A stretch of DNA of 63,987 nt, counting the filler, from Octopus bimaculoides (taxonomy: Eukaryota): assembly GCF_001194135.2 (NCBI RefSeq). It is 6 parts of 5 records of this genome, joined end to end, with 100 filler letters (N's around TTAATTAATTAA, not from the genome) between each part and the next. Parts side by side here need not be neighbours in the genome. Positions count along the whole stretch, not along the records: positions 1 to 25,002 come from NC_068982.1; positions 25,103 to 44,490 come from NC_068994.1; 4 more parts are not named here. One strand, 5' to 3'. The first letter of the stretch is position 1, and every line of letters starts with the position of its first letter. The notes under the pieces were generated by a model, which was given only the letters and a program-made list of their open reading frames with translations, was not told the origin of the DNA and ran no database searches. The position numbers and the translations under genes are program-made. Below are positions 24,953 to 37,730 of this stretch, piece after piece.

Positions 24953-25326
24953 CTTTCTCTTTCTTTCTCTTTCTCTCTCTCTCTTAATATATATATATAT
25001 ATNNNNNNNNNNNNNNNNNNNNNNNNNNNNNNNNNNNNNNNNNNNNTTAATTAATTAANNNNNNNNNNNNNNNNNNNNNNNNNNNNNNNNNNNNNNNNNN
25101 NNATATATATATACACATACATGCACATATATATATGTATATAAACATAAGCATGCGTGTGTATGTGTGGTGTGGTGTGTGTGTGCGTGTGTATGCCAGT
25201 GGACGAGTTTATGCCACGCCAGTTGACAATCTATTTTAAGATCAGATACTTTTAAAAACAATAGATGAATGGGATTTGGCGAAACAGAACAACAATACCT
25301 CTTTCTCTGCACTAATAAAAGAACAC

Positions 25327-25374
<48 letters not shown>

Positions 25375-25885
25375 ATACACATACTTGAAATATCTATTGT
25401 ATTGTGTGAAATGATATCTTTAATGAGTAATTCTATTTAAGTGCAGGCGTGTCTGCGGTGTTAAGTTTGCTTTCAAAGCACAATGTTCTTAGTTCGATCG
25501 CGTTGTACAGTACCCTGAGAAGGCGTCCACTAACCATAGCCTCGGACTGGGAAAAATCTTCAGAGAAAAACTGTGCGAGTGTGAAGGTTAACTCTTCGTA
25601 TGTATGTATGTATGTATGTATGTGTGTGTGTGATTATTCAGTTTTAGTTCAACACAGAGGCCTACATAAAGTGCCTGGAGGAGGTAGTACTGCTCTGTTT
25701 GTTGCTCCAAAATTGATTGGCAACCGATGTTGATGTGTTTAAGTCCCCGTAACATAGCGGTTCGCGGAAAGAGACCGATAGAATAAGTACTAGGCTTACA
25801 AAGAATAAGTCCTGAGGTTGATTTGTTCGATTAAAGGCGGTGATCCAGCATGGCCACAGTCAAACGACTGAAACGAGTAAAAGAG
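24345..25885. mobile_element. SINE-B copies at 24345-24610 (-) and 25443-25885 (+); degenerate piece at about 24740-24900
   Basis: Family B head, body and tail motifs. Confidence 0.8.
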
Positions 25886-27067
25886 AAAAAACAGAAAAGG
25901 AAATAACTAGATTGATTTTGCAGTTAGTCTCAAACTTCTTCATCAAACCAATTCCTCATTCTCTTATTATTAAATGAAATGGAGAAGACCAGACGAACTT
26001 GACTTTAGTATTTTGTATGAAACGGAAGTAGCCACTGTGACAAATGATTTGATGGCGATAGGTTAAAAATGAACTAAAAAATCATTGTATAAGTTTTGCT
26101 TAATTTTGGTGAGTGATAAACGTTACTAACCGTGGTTGCATCTCATTTATTGACACGAAGTTAGATGGTCTACAGTTTATGACTTATATAATACTGTATA
26201 ATTTACAATGGCTGTTATACTTAAAGCAAAGTGACGTAGAATTAGGAACCAAATTTCGGTGAATTCTTATCCTACCATCTTAAAATAGGAGTGTTTGATA
26301 GTGTAATCCAAAATGTGTCAAAGCGAGCCTTTAGGGTGTGGAAAATTGAAATGTCTTTAACTGTCGTGTTGATTGTGTCATTTACGTGGACACATGAATT
26401 TAGACTTGTCGATGTCATTTACATATACAAATGCGTTTTAGTTTTAGGTAAATGCTTTATAGATAAGCTTTTTATAACACAATATTGCAGGAAGATTTTT
26501 TAAATTTTCGAATTAAGTTGTGTGTCACCTAAAAATCTGCGCCGTGTCACTGTTGACACGCATGTTATAAATTCGCTATTATTGTCCTAGATATTCTATG
26601 TCTTAAAAAGCATAAAAAAAGGAGAGTGAGATTAGCAAAGCTGGAACATTTTTGATCACGGATCTAATTAAGCAGAGCTGACCTGCGATTAAATAACATC
26701 AAAAGTGACGAATGTGAAATTCTTATAAGTGAATTTTAGCTGTAACACAAACTTGAAACTTGATGAAGATAGTCAAACACGTCATGAGTTAAAAATTCTT
26801 TAATTGCGTTACTAAATTCGCTTACTGATTGTTCACTAATGATAGACGCTTCTTTCGTTATCTGTTTCATGACTTTGAAGATAGGAGACGAAAAGAATAA
26901 AATGGTGTCATAAAGATACGGCACAAAATCATGATGTTTTATCGAGAAATTGCAAATATTTCTTCCTGTCATGGCAGTTATTTGTTGCAGTGAGTGACGG
27001 TGGATGGTCTAGTGGTTTGGCTGTTGCACTAAAAATCGTGGTTTCAAATCATGGACCAGGTGGTACG

Positions 27068-27160
27068 TTGTGTGTGGTCTGATCAATAAGTATCCGGACT
27101 GTTGCCATAATAACGAAGCTAAAGTACGCAAAGTAAAGCCGCTTGGTACGGATTAACCTT
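27068..27160 (+). mobile_element. Mariner-like 5' terminal fragment
   Basis: gtggtctgatcaataagtatccggactg resembles CGAGG/CGTGG-type mariner TIRs (recalled pattern). Confidence 0.4.
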
Positions 27161-27189
27161 TCTATTTGCCATAAGGAAATATAATAAAA

Positions 27190-28300
27190 TATGTTAACAC
27201 ATCTATGATGCAGTCTTTTGATACAGGAGAACTAGGGCCGATCAAGGAACCCTCCCTGCATATCTAGGGTGGCCCTGACCACCAAGAGCACAAGCCATCA
27301 CCCAATTAATGCTCTCCTGTCTATAGTCATATGCTTAGAGTAGGTCTATTCACTCTAAACATTTTTGCTACAGTCACCCACCTTTTGACAAATGCATTTG
27401 AAGAGGACGCTTCTCTCCCAACCCTCACTTTCTTTTTCAAAGGAAAATTGAAAAACTTAGTGAGGGCACGACGGCAGAGAAAGGTATCTTTCCTCAATCC
27501 TTTCAGCATCATTCTCCTACTACAAAGTGGAGGCGCAATGGCCCAGTGGTTAGGGCAGCGGACTCGTGGTCATAGGATCACGGTTTCGATTCCCAAACCG
27601 GACGTTGTGAGTGTTTATTGAGCAAAAACACCTAAAGCTCCACGAGGCTCCGGCAGGGGATGATGGCGAACCCTGCTGTACTCTTTCACCACAACTTTCT
27701 CTCACTCTTACTTCCTGTTTCTGTTGTGCCTGTAATTCAAAGGGTCAGCCTTGTCACACTGTGTCACGCTGAATATCCCCGAGAACTACGTTAAGGGTAC
27801 ACGTGTCTGTGGAGTGCTCAGCCACTTGCACGTTAATTTCACGAGTAGGCTGTTCCGTTGATCGGATCAACTGGAACCCTCGACGTCGTAAGCGACGGAG
27901 TATCAACAACCTACTACAAAAAATCCTCTTTCACTATTGCCCCCAGACAGAAGAACAACGCCTGTCCTGCACTGTTAAAAGTGGGCGACGAAGCGATCCT
28001 CACGATGAACTCGTTTGACAGCCAGATTCGTCCTTCACGTGACAACCGCTGTTCAAAATGACTCCACACGTCAGCAAAGCCCGGACATTGCACGAGTGCT
28101 AACAGAAACAGTTTCGGCTCTCTGCATCAATCTCGGACAGACTCTCCTGGCGACACTTCTGTGCTTATGGTGCTTGACCGGCAGTGGCCCTCGGTTGCAA
28201 TGTCAGGCAAAAGATTTCTGAAACTGTTCCATAACAGTACCCAGCCCGAAAGTCCTTCGAAATAAACCAGATCGTTCGTCCTTGCCGACGCCCATGCAAG
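27190..28300 (-). mobile_element. Tx1/L1-clade LINE 3' remnant (zf-RVT-like region), split by a SINE-C insertion
   Basis: GLFRRTFG..FQKSFA*HCNRGPLPV..VCPRLMQRAETV/ALVQCPGFADVWSHFEQRLSREGRIWLS..LFFCLGAIVKE. After removing the SINE it continues as LKGLRKDTFL..FFNFPLKKKVRV..FVKRWVTVAKM (ORF 27327-27512). Confidence 0.75.
27527..27909 (+). mobile_element. SINE-C, full length with 11-bp TSD
   Basis: TSD CCTACTACAAA at 27516-27526 and 27910-27920. Confidence 0.92.
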
Positions 28301-28701
28301 AATAACAATTTAGAATATAAAAATGACTTTTGTTTGTTCCATATTTGGCGGCTGGTCCCACGGATAGCCTTTACACCGCATATTTGGGTGGAGTTTTGAA
28401 ATCAAATAACGTTTTATTCTTCAATAGGAATAACATATTTCAGACTGCTGTTTTATAGAGTTATTAAAAACTTATGAAATACTTGGTTTTATTTCGAAAT
28501 TTATGACTAATTAAACCAAATAACTTTCATAAATTTTCTTTTATTACTTAGTATAATAACCTGTGAGAAATACATTTCCGATGCGTGTATCATTATACCA
28601 TTAAAGTCCCAGATATTGTCTGACTACTGGTAAACAGAATCAGTTTGAGAGGGAGGGAGAGAGAGAAAAATAGAGAGAGAGAGAGAGGGAGAAGGGTGAG
28701 A

Positions 28702-28737
<36 letters not shown>

Positions 28738-28909
28738 GTATATTTCTATACGTCTTTGTTAATGAAACTCGCCACCCTCCACATAAAGAAAACCAGTACA
28801 AAAGCAGTTTCAATCCATTCAGAGATTAACTTTCAAATTGGATTTTAATAGGGAGTGTATTTATTATGAGAAGGTTTCTGAAATAGCAACAACAACAACA
28901 ACAACAATA

Positions 28910-29562
28910 ATGGTTTCAAATTTTGGCACAAGGCCAATAATTTCTGGGGTGGGGAGCGAAGTCTATTACATTGACCCCAGTGCTCAACTGGTAGGTAATA
29001 TATCGACCTCGACAGGATGAAAGGCGTAATTTGAACTCAGAGTAAAACCGGACGAAATGCCGCTGAGCATTTTGTCCAGTTGCTAACGATTCAGCCAGCT
29101 TGCCTCCTAAATAGCAACAATAATAATTATCCTCTCTACGAGGTCTGGAAATTTGGGGAGAGTGGGGTGGTTAATTGATAACATTGACCCTTCCCCCCAG
29201 TGATCAACGGGTACTTAACTCATCCACCCCAAAAGGATAAAAGGCAAAGTCGACCTTGGCAGAATTTGAACTCAGAACGTTAAGACGACGTAATCCCGCA
29301 TAGCACTTTGTCTAGCATGCTAACAATTCTGCCATCTCACCGCCTTAGCAGCAGCAGCAGCAACGATAATAATAATAATAATCTTTTCTACTCTAGGCAC
29401 AAGGCCCGAAATTTGGGGGGAGGGGGCCAGTCGATTTGATCGACCCCAGTACGCAACTGGTACTTAATTTATCGACCCCGAAAGGATGAAAGGCAAAGTC
29501 GACCCCGGCGGAATTTGAACTCAGAACGTTAAGACGACGTAATCCCGCATAGCACTTTGTCT
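28910..29562 (-). mobile_element. Train of three SINE-A copies joined by (AAC/AAT/AGC)n
   Basis: Repeated family A body; the last copy runs into a gap. Confidence 0.85.
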
Positions 29563-29817
29563 NNNNNNNNNNNNNNNNNNNNNNNNNNNNNNNNNNNNNN
29601 NNNNNNNNNNNNNNNNNNNNNNNNNNNNNNNNNNNNNNNNNNNNNNNNNNNNNNNNNNNNNNNNNNNNNNNNNNNNNNNNNNNNNNNNNNNNNNNNNNNN
29701 NNNNNNNNNNNNNNNNNNNNNNNNNNNNNNNNNNNNNNNNNNNNNNNNNNNNNNNNNNNNNNNNNNNNNNNNNNNNNNNNNNNNNNNNNNNNNNNNNNNN
29801 NNNNNNNNNNNNNNNNN

Positions 29818-30127
29818 AGATATCTCAAGAACCACTGGATGGATCCGGATGAAACTTTCAGTAATGTTTCGCCTCGTGACTGGCACGAACTGATTAGATT
29901 TCGGAATCGATCCGGTACTGGATAAGGATTCTGGATTATTTTCTCGGTTTTTTTCTCTTTTTTTTCTTCTTAATTTTTGAGAGCGGTCGGGTTCATTTTT
30001 AGTATTCTCGTTTGCGAGACCAGTCGAGTTTATTTCAGATATTCTCATTTTAAAAATCATCTCTGGCTAATCGTTGAGAGAACGTTGGTGCTGCCCTGGC
30101 AGAGGTTTGCACTCTCTGAGTGGTCTT
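29818..30127 (-). mobile_element. Helentron/DINE-1-like element, copy 2 (3' end in gap)
   Basis: Reverse complement aligns by eye with 12891-13170. Confidence 0.6.
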
Positions 30128-30899
30128 ATTTTTATTGCTATGGTTTGGGAATTTGCACATAGACGATTCGTTCAAGAAGTACATTCCTGTGGTCGAAAGA
30201 CAACCGGACCGATGTCCACAGCAATTTTGTTTTTATAGACTGGGAGCTCGTGTAGAAAAATATTTGCACTTAATTATGGACATATTTTTCTCTATAGACA
30301 AAATTTCCTCACCTTATTAACTCGGTAAACGCCTATATGAAGACCACCTTTGACCTGCTAGAAAAAGCGTCGAGATATCTCTCAAGCCACACCCTATCGT
30401 TCTAAAAACACTACGTTCGGTAATCTGGTTTTGTTATCGCTTAGTATGGTAAAAGTTACTGCTCATGATCCTTTACAGGATCTTCGAGATAGGTGGGAGG
30501 GGAAGGTATCCTCAGACTGGAGATCTAACCCGAATTCTTGAAAAAAAAAAAAATGAAATAAAAAAAGAATAAAACGGTGGGCTCTACTAAGGGGGCTCAA
30601 GTGAGTTTGTTAAAGCGAGCGACAGAATAAGTCTACCCAAATCACTGTTTTTTCAGTCAATTGAAATTTCGCCCTTAATGAGGCTTGATGATAAACAGGA
30701 AAACCCTATGGTGTAATGACTGTTTTTTTTTCATGCGTCTATTTATGATAATCTCTATATCCAGGTATTGATCACTTCGTATTGTATATCGAAGATGGCG
30801 AGTTGGGAAAGTTGTTAGAGCGTCGGGTAGGTTGCTTTGAAGTAAAACTTCTGACTCCCTATTCTCTAACCCTGTCTAGATCATCTTTGTTTTTCTTCC

Positions 30900-31935
30900 T
30901 TTGGGGAACAAACACTTGTACAAAGACGCACACACACACATACGACGGGCTTCTTTCAGTTTCTGTCTTACCAAATCCACTCACAAGGCTTTGAGTCGCT
31001 CGAGGCTATCATAGAAGACACGTGCCTAAGATGCCACGCAGTGGGACTGAACCCGGAAATGTGGTCAGTAAGCAAACTTCTTACCATACAGTCATGCCTT
31101 TATATTAAATATGTTATGTGTTAAGCACTTAATATAATGTCCATTAATAGGAGTCAACTTGAAATAAATATCCAATGCGATAAAAAAATACTTAACACTT
31201 AAGATTTTCGGCAAGTACTGGGAAGAACCCCGGACGTATTTCGGATTTTATGCCTATCATGATGACATCAGTGAAACACAGACTTTACTGTAACTGTCGA
31301 AGTAGTGATGAGAGAATCGCTTAAAAAAATTGACTGCACACTGGTTGGCGATTGTTTGGGTCTGTAAAATAATATCAAAATAAATATAAATACAAAAAGT
31401 TCTTAATTTGCTGACTACGATATTTTTTCGCAATGAAGAAACTGGAGATGTTAGTTTTATAATAAATGTGATAAGAAATGGCGGAATAATTTAAGAAAAA
31501 CTTTACAAGCGATAACATCAGGTTAGTAGAAGGAGACATTATTCTATTGAAAGAGGAAACAATGATTCCTTTCTGTATTTCTATTCGTGTGTATTTGTTT
31601 CTTGAAGCACATCCCTGTTGTGATAAGACTTAAGGGTGTGGTGAGTCTGTTTGTTTAGTTACACTCTACTTCTTATGAACGCCCCTTTATTCAAAGAATT
31701 ACGAAGTAGACACGGCCATGACTTGGTGGTTAAGGAATTCGCTTCGCAACTAAACGGTTTCGAGTCCTGAATAGAAAAGAGTATTTCGCCTGTCGCTCCG
31801 ATCTGAGTTCAAATTCCGCTGTGGTCGACTTTGCTATTTATCTGTTTGGGCTCGATAAATTAAATACCAGTTGATCACTGGGGTCGATGTAATCGACTCA
31901 TTCCCTCCCCCCAAAATGGCTGCCCTTGTGGCAAA
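30900..31935. mobile_element. SINE-B 5' half at 30900-31098 (-) and chimeric B-head/A-body copy at about 31710-31935 (+)
   Basis: Family motifs. Confidence 0.65.
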
Positions 31936-33132
31936 ATTCGAAACCATTATTGATGGTACGAGTATTCTAGTGTTTTATATAATTGTTATATTGTTTTTAT
32001 CTGTTTTCAGCAAAATTTCTATGCACCTGAAGTGAAATGTCTTCGAGCAATGTATCGATACGGTCACGAGAGTTTCTTTAATTCCAAGAACTTACCTAAT
32101 GTTGGAGTGTATTAGTTACCAGTGTATTCATAAGACAATTTTTGTGGCATTTGGGGACCTTCATGCCTACACCCAAATGTAATGTTGAGGCAAGTGTAAT
32201 TAAGTGATGTAAAGGTAGCGCAATTACTTAAAAAGTGATCGAGCCCATATCGATGAATTCGATACCACAAGTGATTACCTCTTGCTCTCTAGTGAATTCT
32301 CGTTTTCTTGAAGTAAACTGGCTTCCTACATTGCCATTAGACTGGAGAAATTTACGGAGTGAGGCGAGACAATTGATGAAACCAATCATGGATATATATT
32401 TTAACCAACCCTGAAAAAAAAAAACCGAAAAAAAATAACGAAAAGCAATGTCGACCCTTGCAGGATTTGATCACAGAACATATAGAGATGTGACAGAATA
32501 CTGCAAGGTACTTTGGTTTGCTAATTACCAATTCTGTCATTCTCCGCCCTATTTCCCTTAAATATATCACTAAATATATTTGACCAATTTTAAGAGTCTC
32601 CAGTCTTGACACCAAAACGAAACAGGTCACCGTCACATCCAACAAAACAGTGAGTTGAAACCTCTCAAAATAACGTGGGCTTTTTAGAATTCCATTGTCT
32701 GACATGAAAATTATAAATGCTTCGTTAATTTACACCACCGTTATTGTATTGTGTTGTTTTATTTTACTGCTTATGGATAATTAAATGTCATACTCTTGAA
32801 ATACATAGCAAAATAGTATGATCTAACCTAATAAACGTTTTAATTTTTTTAATTACTCTAGAAAAAAATTAATAGTTAAGATTGTTTATTATATTCGGTC
32901 TAAGGTCAAAATAAGGGACTTAAGCGGTGTTGAGGCAAGTTTTTAAGATTCCTTCATTGATTTTAATATTTGAAAATTTCTTCACTTTAAACTGTGCATT
33001 TTTATGAGAGTATTTTATAAAATAGCTATCCGTAATGTTACTCGGTTTCTCTCAATCGACTACATTTGTTCTTAATAAAATTTGGTCTGTGATTAATCAA
33101 CAACAATGGTCCCCAAAATATATTATATGAGG

Positions 33133-33600
33133 AAAGGCGATGAGATGGCAGAATTGTTACCGCGCCGGGCAAAATGCTTAGCGGTATTTCATCTGTCTTT
33201 ACGTTCTGAGTTCAAATGCCACCGAGGTCGACTTTTCCTTCCATATTTTCGCAGACGATAAAATTTATACCATTTGAGTTGTGAGGTTGATGTAATCGAC
33301 TTACTCCCTGCCCCGAAATTGCTGGCCTTGTGCCAACATTTGAAACCAATATATCACTCGAGAGGGTGACGAGCTGGCAGAATGGTTAGCATGCCGGACA
33401 AAATGCTTTGCGGTATTTCGTCTGCCGTTACGTTCTGAGTTCAAATTCCGCCGATGTCGACTTTACCTTTCATTCTTTCGGGGTCGATTAAATACGTACC
33501 AGTTACGCACAGGGGTCGATGTAATCGACTTAATCCCTTTGTCTGTCCTTGTTTGTCCCCTCTATGTTTAGCCCCCTGTGGGCAATAAAGAAATAAATAT
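33133..33600 (+). mobile_element. Two SINE-A copies; the second (33365-33602) has a 10-bp TSD
   Basis: CACTCGAGAG at 33355-33364 and 33603-33612. Confidence 0.88.
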
Positions 33601-34207
33601 ACCACTCGAGAGAAAAAGGGAGATAAGAGAAAGAGGGAGAGAGAGAGAAAGAAAGAAGAGAAGCGAAAGACAGAGATAGATAACAAGTAGTAATTGGAGC
33701 ATCGGAAAAATTGTTTGCCGTGTTTGTTCCATTTCTTATGGTCCGAGTTCAAATCTTAGCGAGGTTGGGATCAAAAGAGTTGAGGTATTTCCGTAATGTG
33801 TGGATTCATAGCATTGGCTGCCGTAATTAGGGATTTTAGTGCAGATATGCAGATATTAGACACAAATTAATACTCTCGAGGTTAGAGACAAACGTTATTT
33901 GAGTGTGAATTTTTAAAATTTGTAATTAAATTAGTGTATTATCAAAAGATTGATCAAACGTTGATGAGAGATATTCTAATTATGCGGAGGTTAGTTTCAA
34001 GAAATATGTGCCTTTGAAACGAAAGATAAAAACGTCTGAGTTGTAAGTGTTAATTATATATATATATATATNNNNNNNNNNCTCTCTCTCTCTGTTTTTT
34101 TCTCTCTCTCTGAATATGAGGGCAAACAATCTTGAGGTTATACCAGGAGTTTGTCGTCTCAGGATTATATCCTTATCATTCTAATAATCATCTATAAGAA
34201 AAAACTT

Positions 34208-34527
34208 AGTGAATGCGCCTGGCTTAGTGGTTAGGGCTTTCAGCCCATAATCGTGAGTTCGATTCTCGGCGACGCGTTGTGTCTTCGAGAAAGACACTTT
34301 ATTTCACGTTGCTCCACTCCACTCAGCTGGCAAAAATGAGTAGTACCTGTATTTCAAAGGGGCCAGCCTTGTCACACTCTGTGTCACACTGAATCTGCCA
34401 CCAGAACTACGTTAAGGGTACACGTGTCTGTGGAGTGCTCAGCCACTTGCACGTTAATTTCATGAGCAGGCTGCTCCATTGATGGGATTAACCGAAACCC
34501 TCATCGTCGTAACCGACTGAATACCAT
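34208..34527 (+). mobile_element. Hybrid SINE: family E head and centre with family C 3' half
   Basis: ttcacgttgctccactccactcagctgg followed by ccagccttgtcacactctgtgtcac...gtcgtaaccgac. Confidence 0.8.
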
Positions 34528-34544
34528 AAGAAAATCTTCAACTT

Positions 34545-35310
34545 AAATCTATAATCTTAAGTTTGAAGGAGGGGGCTAGTCGATTCCTTCTCCAGTTCTT
34601 CGCTGATCTTATTTTATCGACCCCAAAACGATGTAAGGCAAAGATGATCACGGCGAAATATGAACTGAGAGTAAAGATACGGAAGAAATATCGCTATGTA
34701 TTTTATCCGGCTTGCTAATTATTTTACCAGCTCGCCGCCTTCGCTTAACCCCAAAATTGGTTTCAAATTTTGGCACAAGGCCAGCAATTTTCGATGGATC
34801 AGCTAAGTCGATTACATTGAGTCCAGTGCTCAACTGGTACTTATTTTATCGACCCCGAAAAGATGAAAGGCAAAGTCAAACTCGGCGGAATTTGAACTCA
34901 GAACGCAAAGACGAGCGAAGTGCCACTAAAAAGCGGCGGCGAACTGGCAAAGTCGTTACCGCTCCAGGCAAAATGCATTGCGGCAATTCGCCTGTCTTTT
35001 GAGTTTAAATGCCGCCAGGTTCGACTTTACCTCTCATCCTTTTGGGGTCGATAAAATAAATGCCAGTTGAACACTGATGTCGATCTAATCGTCTGGTCCT
35101 GTCCGCTGATAGTACTGGTTTAGTGTAAAAATTTGAACCTAATAAATCTTTCTACAATAGACACAAGGCTTAGAATTCTGGGTACGCAATTGGTACTTAT
35201 TTTATCGACCCCGAGAGACTAAAAGGCAAAGTCGACTTCGGAGGCATTTGAACCCCCGAACGTTAGAAATGCTGTTAAGCATTTTGTCGGATGCGCTAAC
35301 GATTCAGCGA
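34545..35310. mobile_element. Four diverged SINE-A copies (-, -, +, -)
   Basis: Family A motifs. 34755-34930 (-) and 34935-35140 (+) are head-to-head. Confidence 0.75.
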
Positions 35311-35368
35311 GAACATTGAATGGGTTTCTGGTAGAAATAGTGTGTAGATTCGTAGTTCACAATTGCAG

Positions 35369-35437
35369 GCATCGTCGTAGTGTCAGCAGAAGGTACAAAA
35401 TGAAGAGACTGTTTATCTACGTTGGTGTCCTTTCTCT
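35369..35437 (+). other. Candidate start-codon exon (MKRLFIYVGVLS..., signal-peptide-like)
   Basis: ttgcag| acceptor at 35368, CAAAATG context (ATG 35400-35402), possible CT|GTACGT donor. Short, with no homology recognised. Confidence 0.22.
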
Positions 35438-36304
35438 GTACGTAGTCGATTGAATTAACACATCGATATTATTTGAAGCCCCAGTTCGTTTCCTCTCCCT
35501 CCTGTGTGTCCTTGAATAAATCAACAATATTTTCTGACAACCCACCCAAATGTACAAATTTTTTTTTTTTTATAAACTCAGACAGTAATTAATTATTCCG
35601 TAGGTGCAGTTATTATTTTTGTTGTTGCTGTTTAAATAACCAAGAATTTCATAAACTCAAACGGAGATGATGACAGTAGGATGATAACACAATCTAATGT
35701 CCTTGGGAAAAGTATACAATTTCCGGTTTCGGTAAACTAAACTTGATATCAAACAATAAGGTACAAAATTTTCCCACTTTCATTTGATTACTGATGTGAA
35801 TTGGAAAAAGAATACACATTATTTTCTGAGGACCTTCTAAACTAAGGTGAGGTTTCTAGGGAAGACTTATATGAATAATGCTCTAGTTTTATCTATTCCA
35901 TAGATAAAATATTAATAAATTCCTTAATTAACATGGGGCCACGGGCCAGGAAAGAGAACAGTGCTAATTGATTCACCTAAACGTGTCTACGTGATTTCAT
36001 TGACTTCATAATGATGAAAAATGAACTCAACTCCCGTGGGATTTGATTTTGCTGAAAACTGTTGCGATTGGGGAGTTAGATTAAGGCAATGTATGTTTTT
36101 AACAAACACAAAGACAGTACATTAATAGGAGATGGGAGACGGTGTGTGTGTGTGTGTGTGTGTGTGAAGAACATATTGTCGTTATAATCGTCTTGTAATT
36201 ATTTTATCAACAGAAAAAGAAATAAGCGAAGTCGACTTGGTGGGAGCTGAAAGGAAGGCCTAAATGAACGTTTTCCTAAACTGGTTCGGCTAAAGAACCA
36301 TTCT

Positions 36305-36810
36305 GATAATTATTTCTATTCTAGGCACAAGACCTTGAATATTTGGGTGGAAGGGGGTTAGTCGATTACATCGACTGCAGTGCGTAACTGGCACTTATTT
36401 CATCGACCCCGAAAGGATGAAAGGAAAAGTCGACCTCGGCGGAATTTGAACTCAGATCGTAGCGGCAGACGAAATACCGCAAAGTATTTCGCCCGGCGCG
36501 CTAACGTTTCTGCCAGCTCACCGCCTTAATTTATTCAAGTAATAATCCCTTTTACTATAGTCACAAAGCCTGAAGTATTGGGGGAGGAGAAGTCGATTAC
36601 ATCGACCCCAGTGTTCAACTGGTACTTATTTTATCGACCCCAAAAGGATGAGAGCTAAAGTCAGCCTCAGCGGAATTTGAAGCCAGCAAATAAAAAGCGG
36701 GAAGAAATGCGTTACGAATCTTGTTGGACACGCTGACGATTCTGCCATCTCGCTACTTTGAATACAATAAATAATCCTTCCGATTATAGGCACAAGGCCT
36801 GAAATTTTGT
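36305..36810 (-). mobile_element. SINE-A train (two copies plus a 3' fragment)
   Basis: Family A motifs; 36305-36530 is well preserved. Confidence 0.85.
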
Positions 36811-37730
36811 GGCCATGGAAGCTTTTTAATGCTATTCTCTTCCAACTAACCTTTGGTCTTTTTAGCCGTTTGACAAGGAGCCCTATCTTCCATAAATAAA
36901 GAGTCTTCTTTAATTATTTCACCACTGGAGAAGTTTGGAAGGAGTCCTTTCTGCAATATGGACGCATATTTATCTGAGTTTATGTTTTCCTCCCACTCCA
37001 CCAGCTCTGAATGACCATTGCTCCAAATTGCTCCCCAGACCATCACAGAATAGCTGCCGTGTTTCATTGTTGGCTGCAATCTTCACGTCAAATTCTTGAT
37101 CACAGAATCTCCGGACCCGCACTCGACCAATGTCAGAAAATATAGCAAATTTGGACTCATTAGAGAATATGATAGTGTTCCAATGCTAGTGGTCTCTCCA
37201 CTATCTCACTGGCCAAATCTTTTCTCTGCTTGATATTGGCTGGTTGAAGAAGTAGTTTCCTTCTTGCTGCTCTACCATAGTAGCCAAGTTTGTGGAGATA
37301 CCTGACGGCTGTTCTGGGACTGACATCAACATGTTTTACTGTATCAGAGGCCTTGCAACGAGGATTATCCTCCCCGCCTCTCTTAACAAAGCGAAGGGTC
37401 CTGTGTGATGGTCATGGTCGACCTGAGCAAGGTGATGTGGACTCCTTCCTCTCTCTGGTGAATTTCGCAATCACTCTATTAACTGTAAAAATGGGATGTT
37501 AATGTTTTCTTTGATTTTACACTGACAAAGTCCACCTTCAGATTGACCCGCAATACGGCCTCTTTGAAATTTGGACAGTTCCAAGCCTTCTTTTGCATGT
37601 GACACGATTAAACAGTCACATATAGAACCTGAAAAATAAATAAATATGTCAATTAATCAAAATATAAACCCTTTCAAGTTAAGATAAGCATAAAACGATG
37701 TTTTATGGAGTGTCTATTTACTTCTGTTAT
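36810..37730 (-). mobile_element. Tc1-family transposase pseudogene, 3'-truncated
   Basis: [94 protein letters not shown], then cut by SINE-A sequence before the SPDLNPIE motif. Confidence 0.88.

Noticed and set aside
25047-25058. TTAATTAATTAA between N runs (also 44535-44546, 51528-51539, 55198-55209, 61681-61692)
   Set aside because: An identical 12-mer always centred in N blocks, giving stops in all six frames: a scaffolding spacer, not biology.
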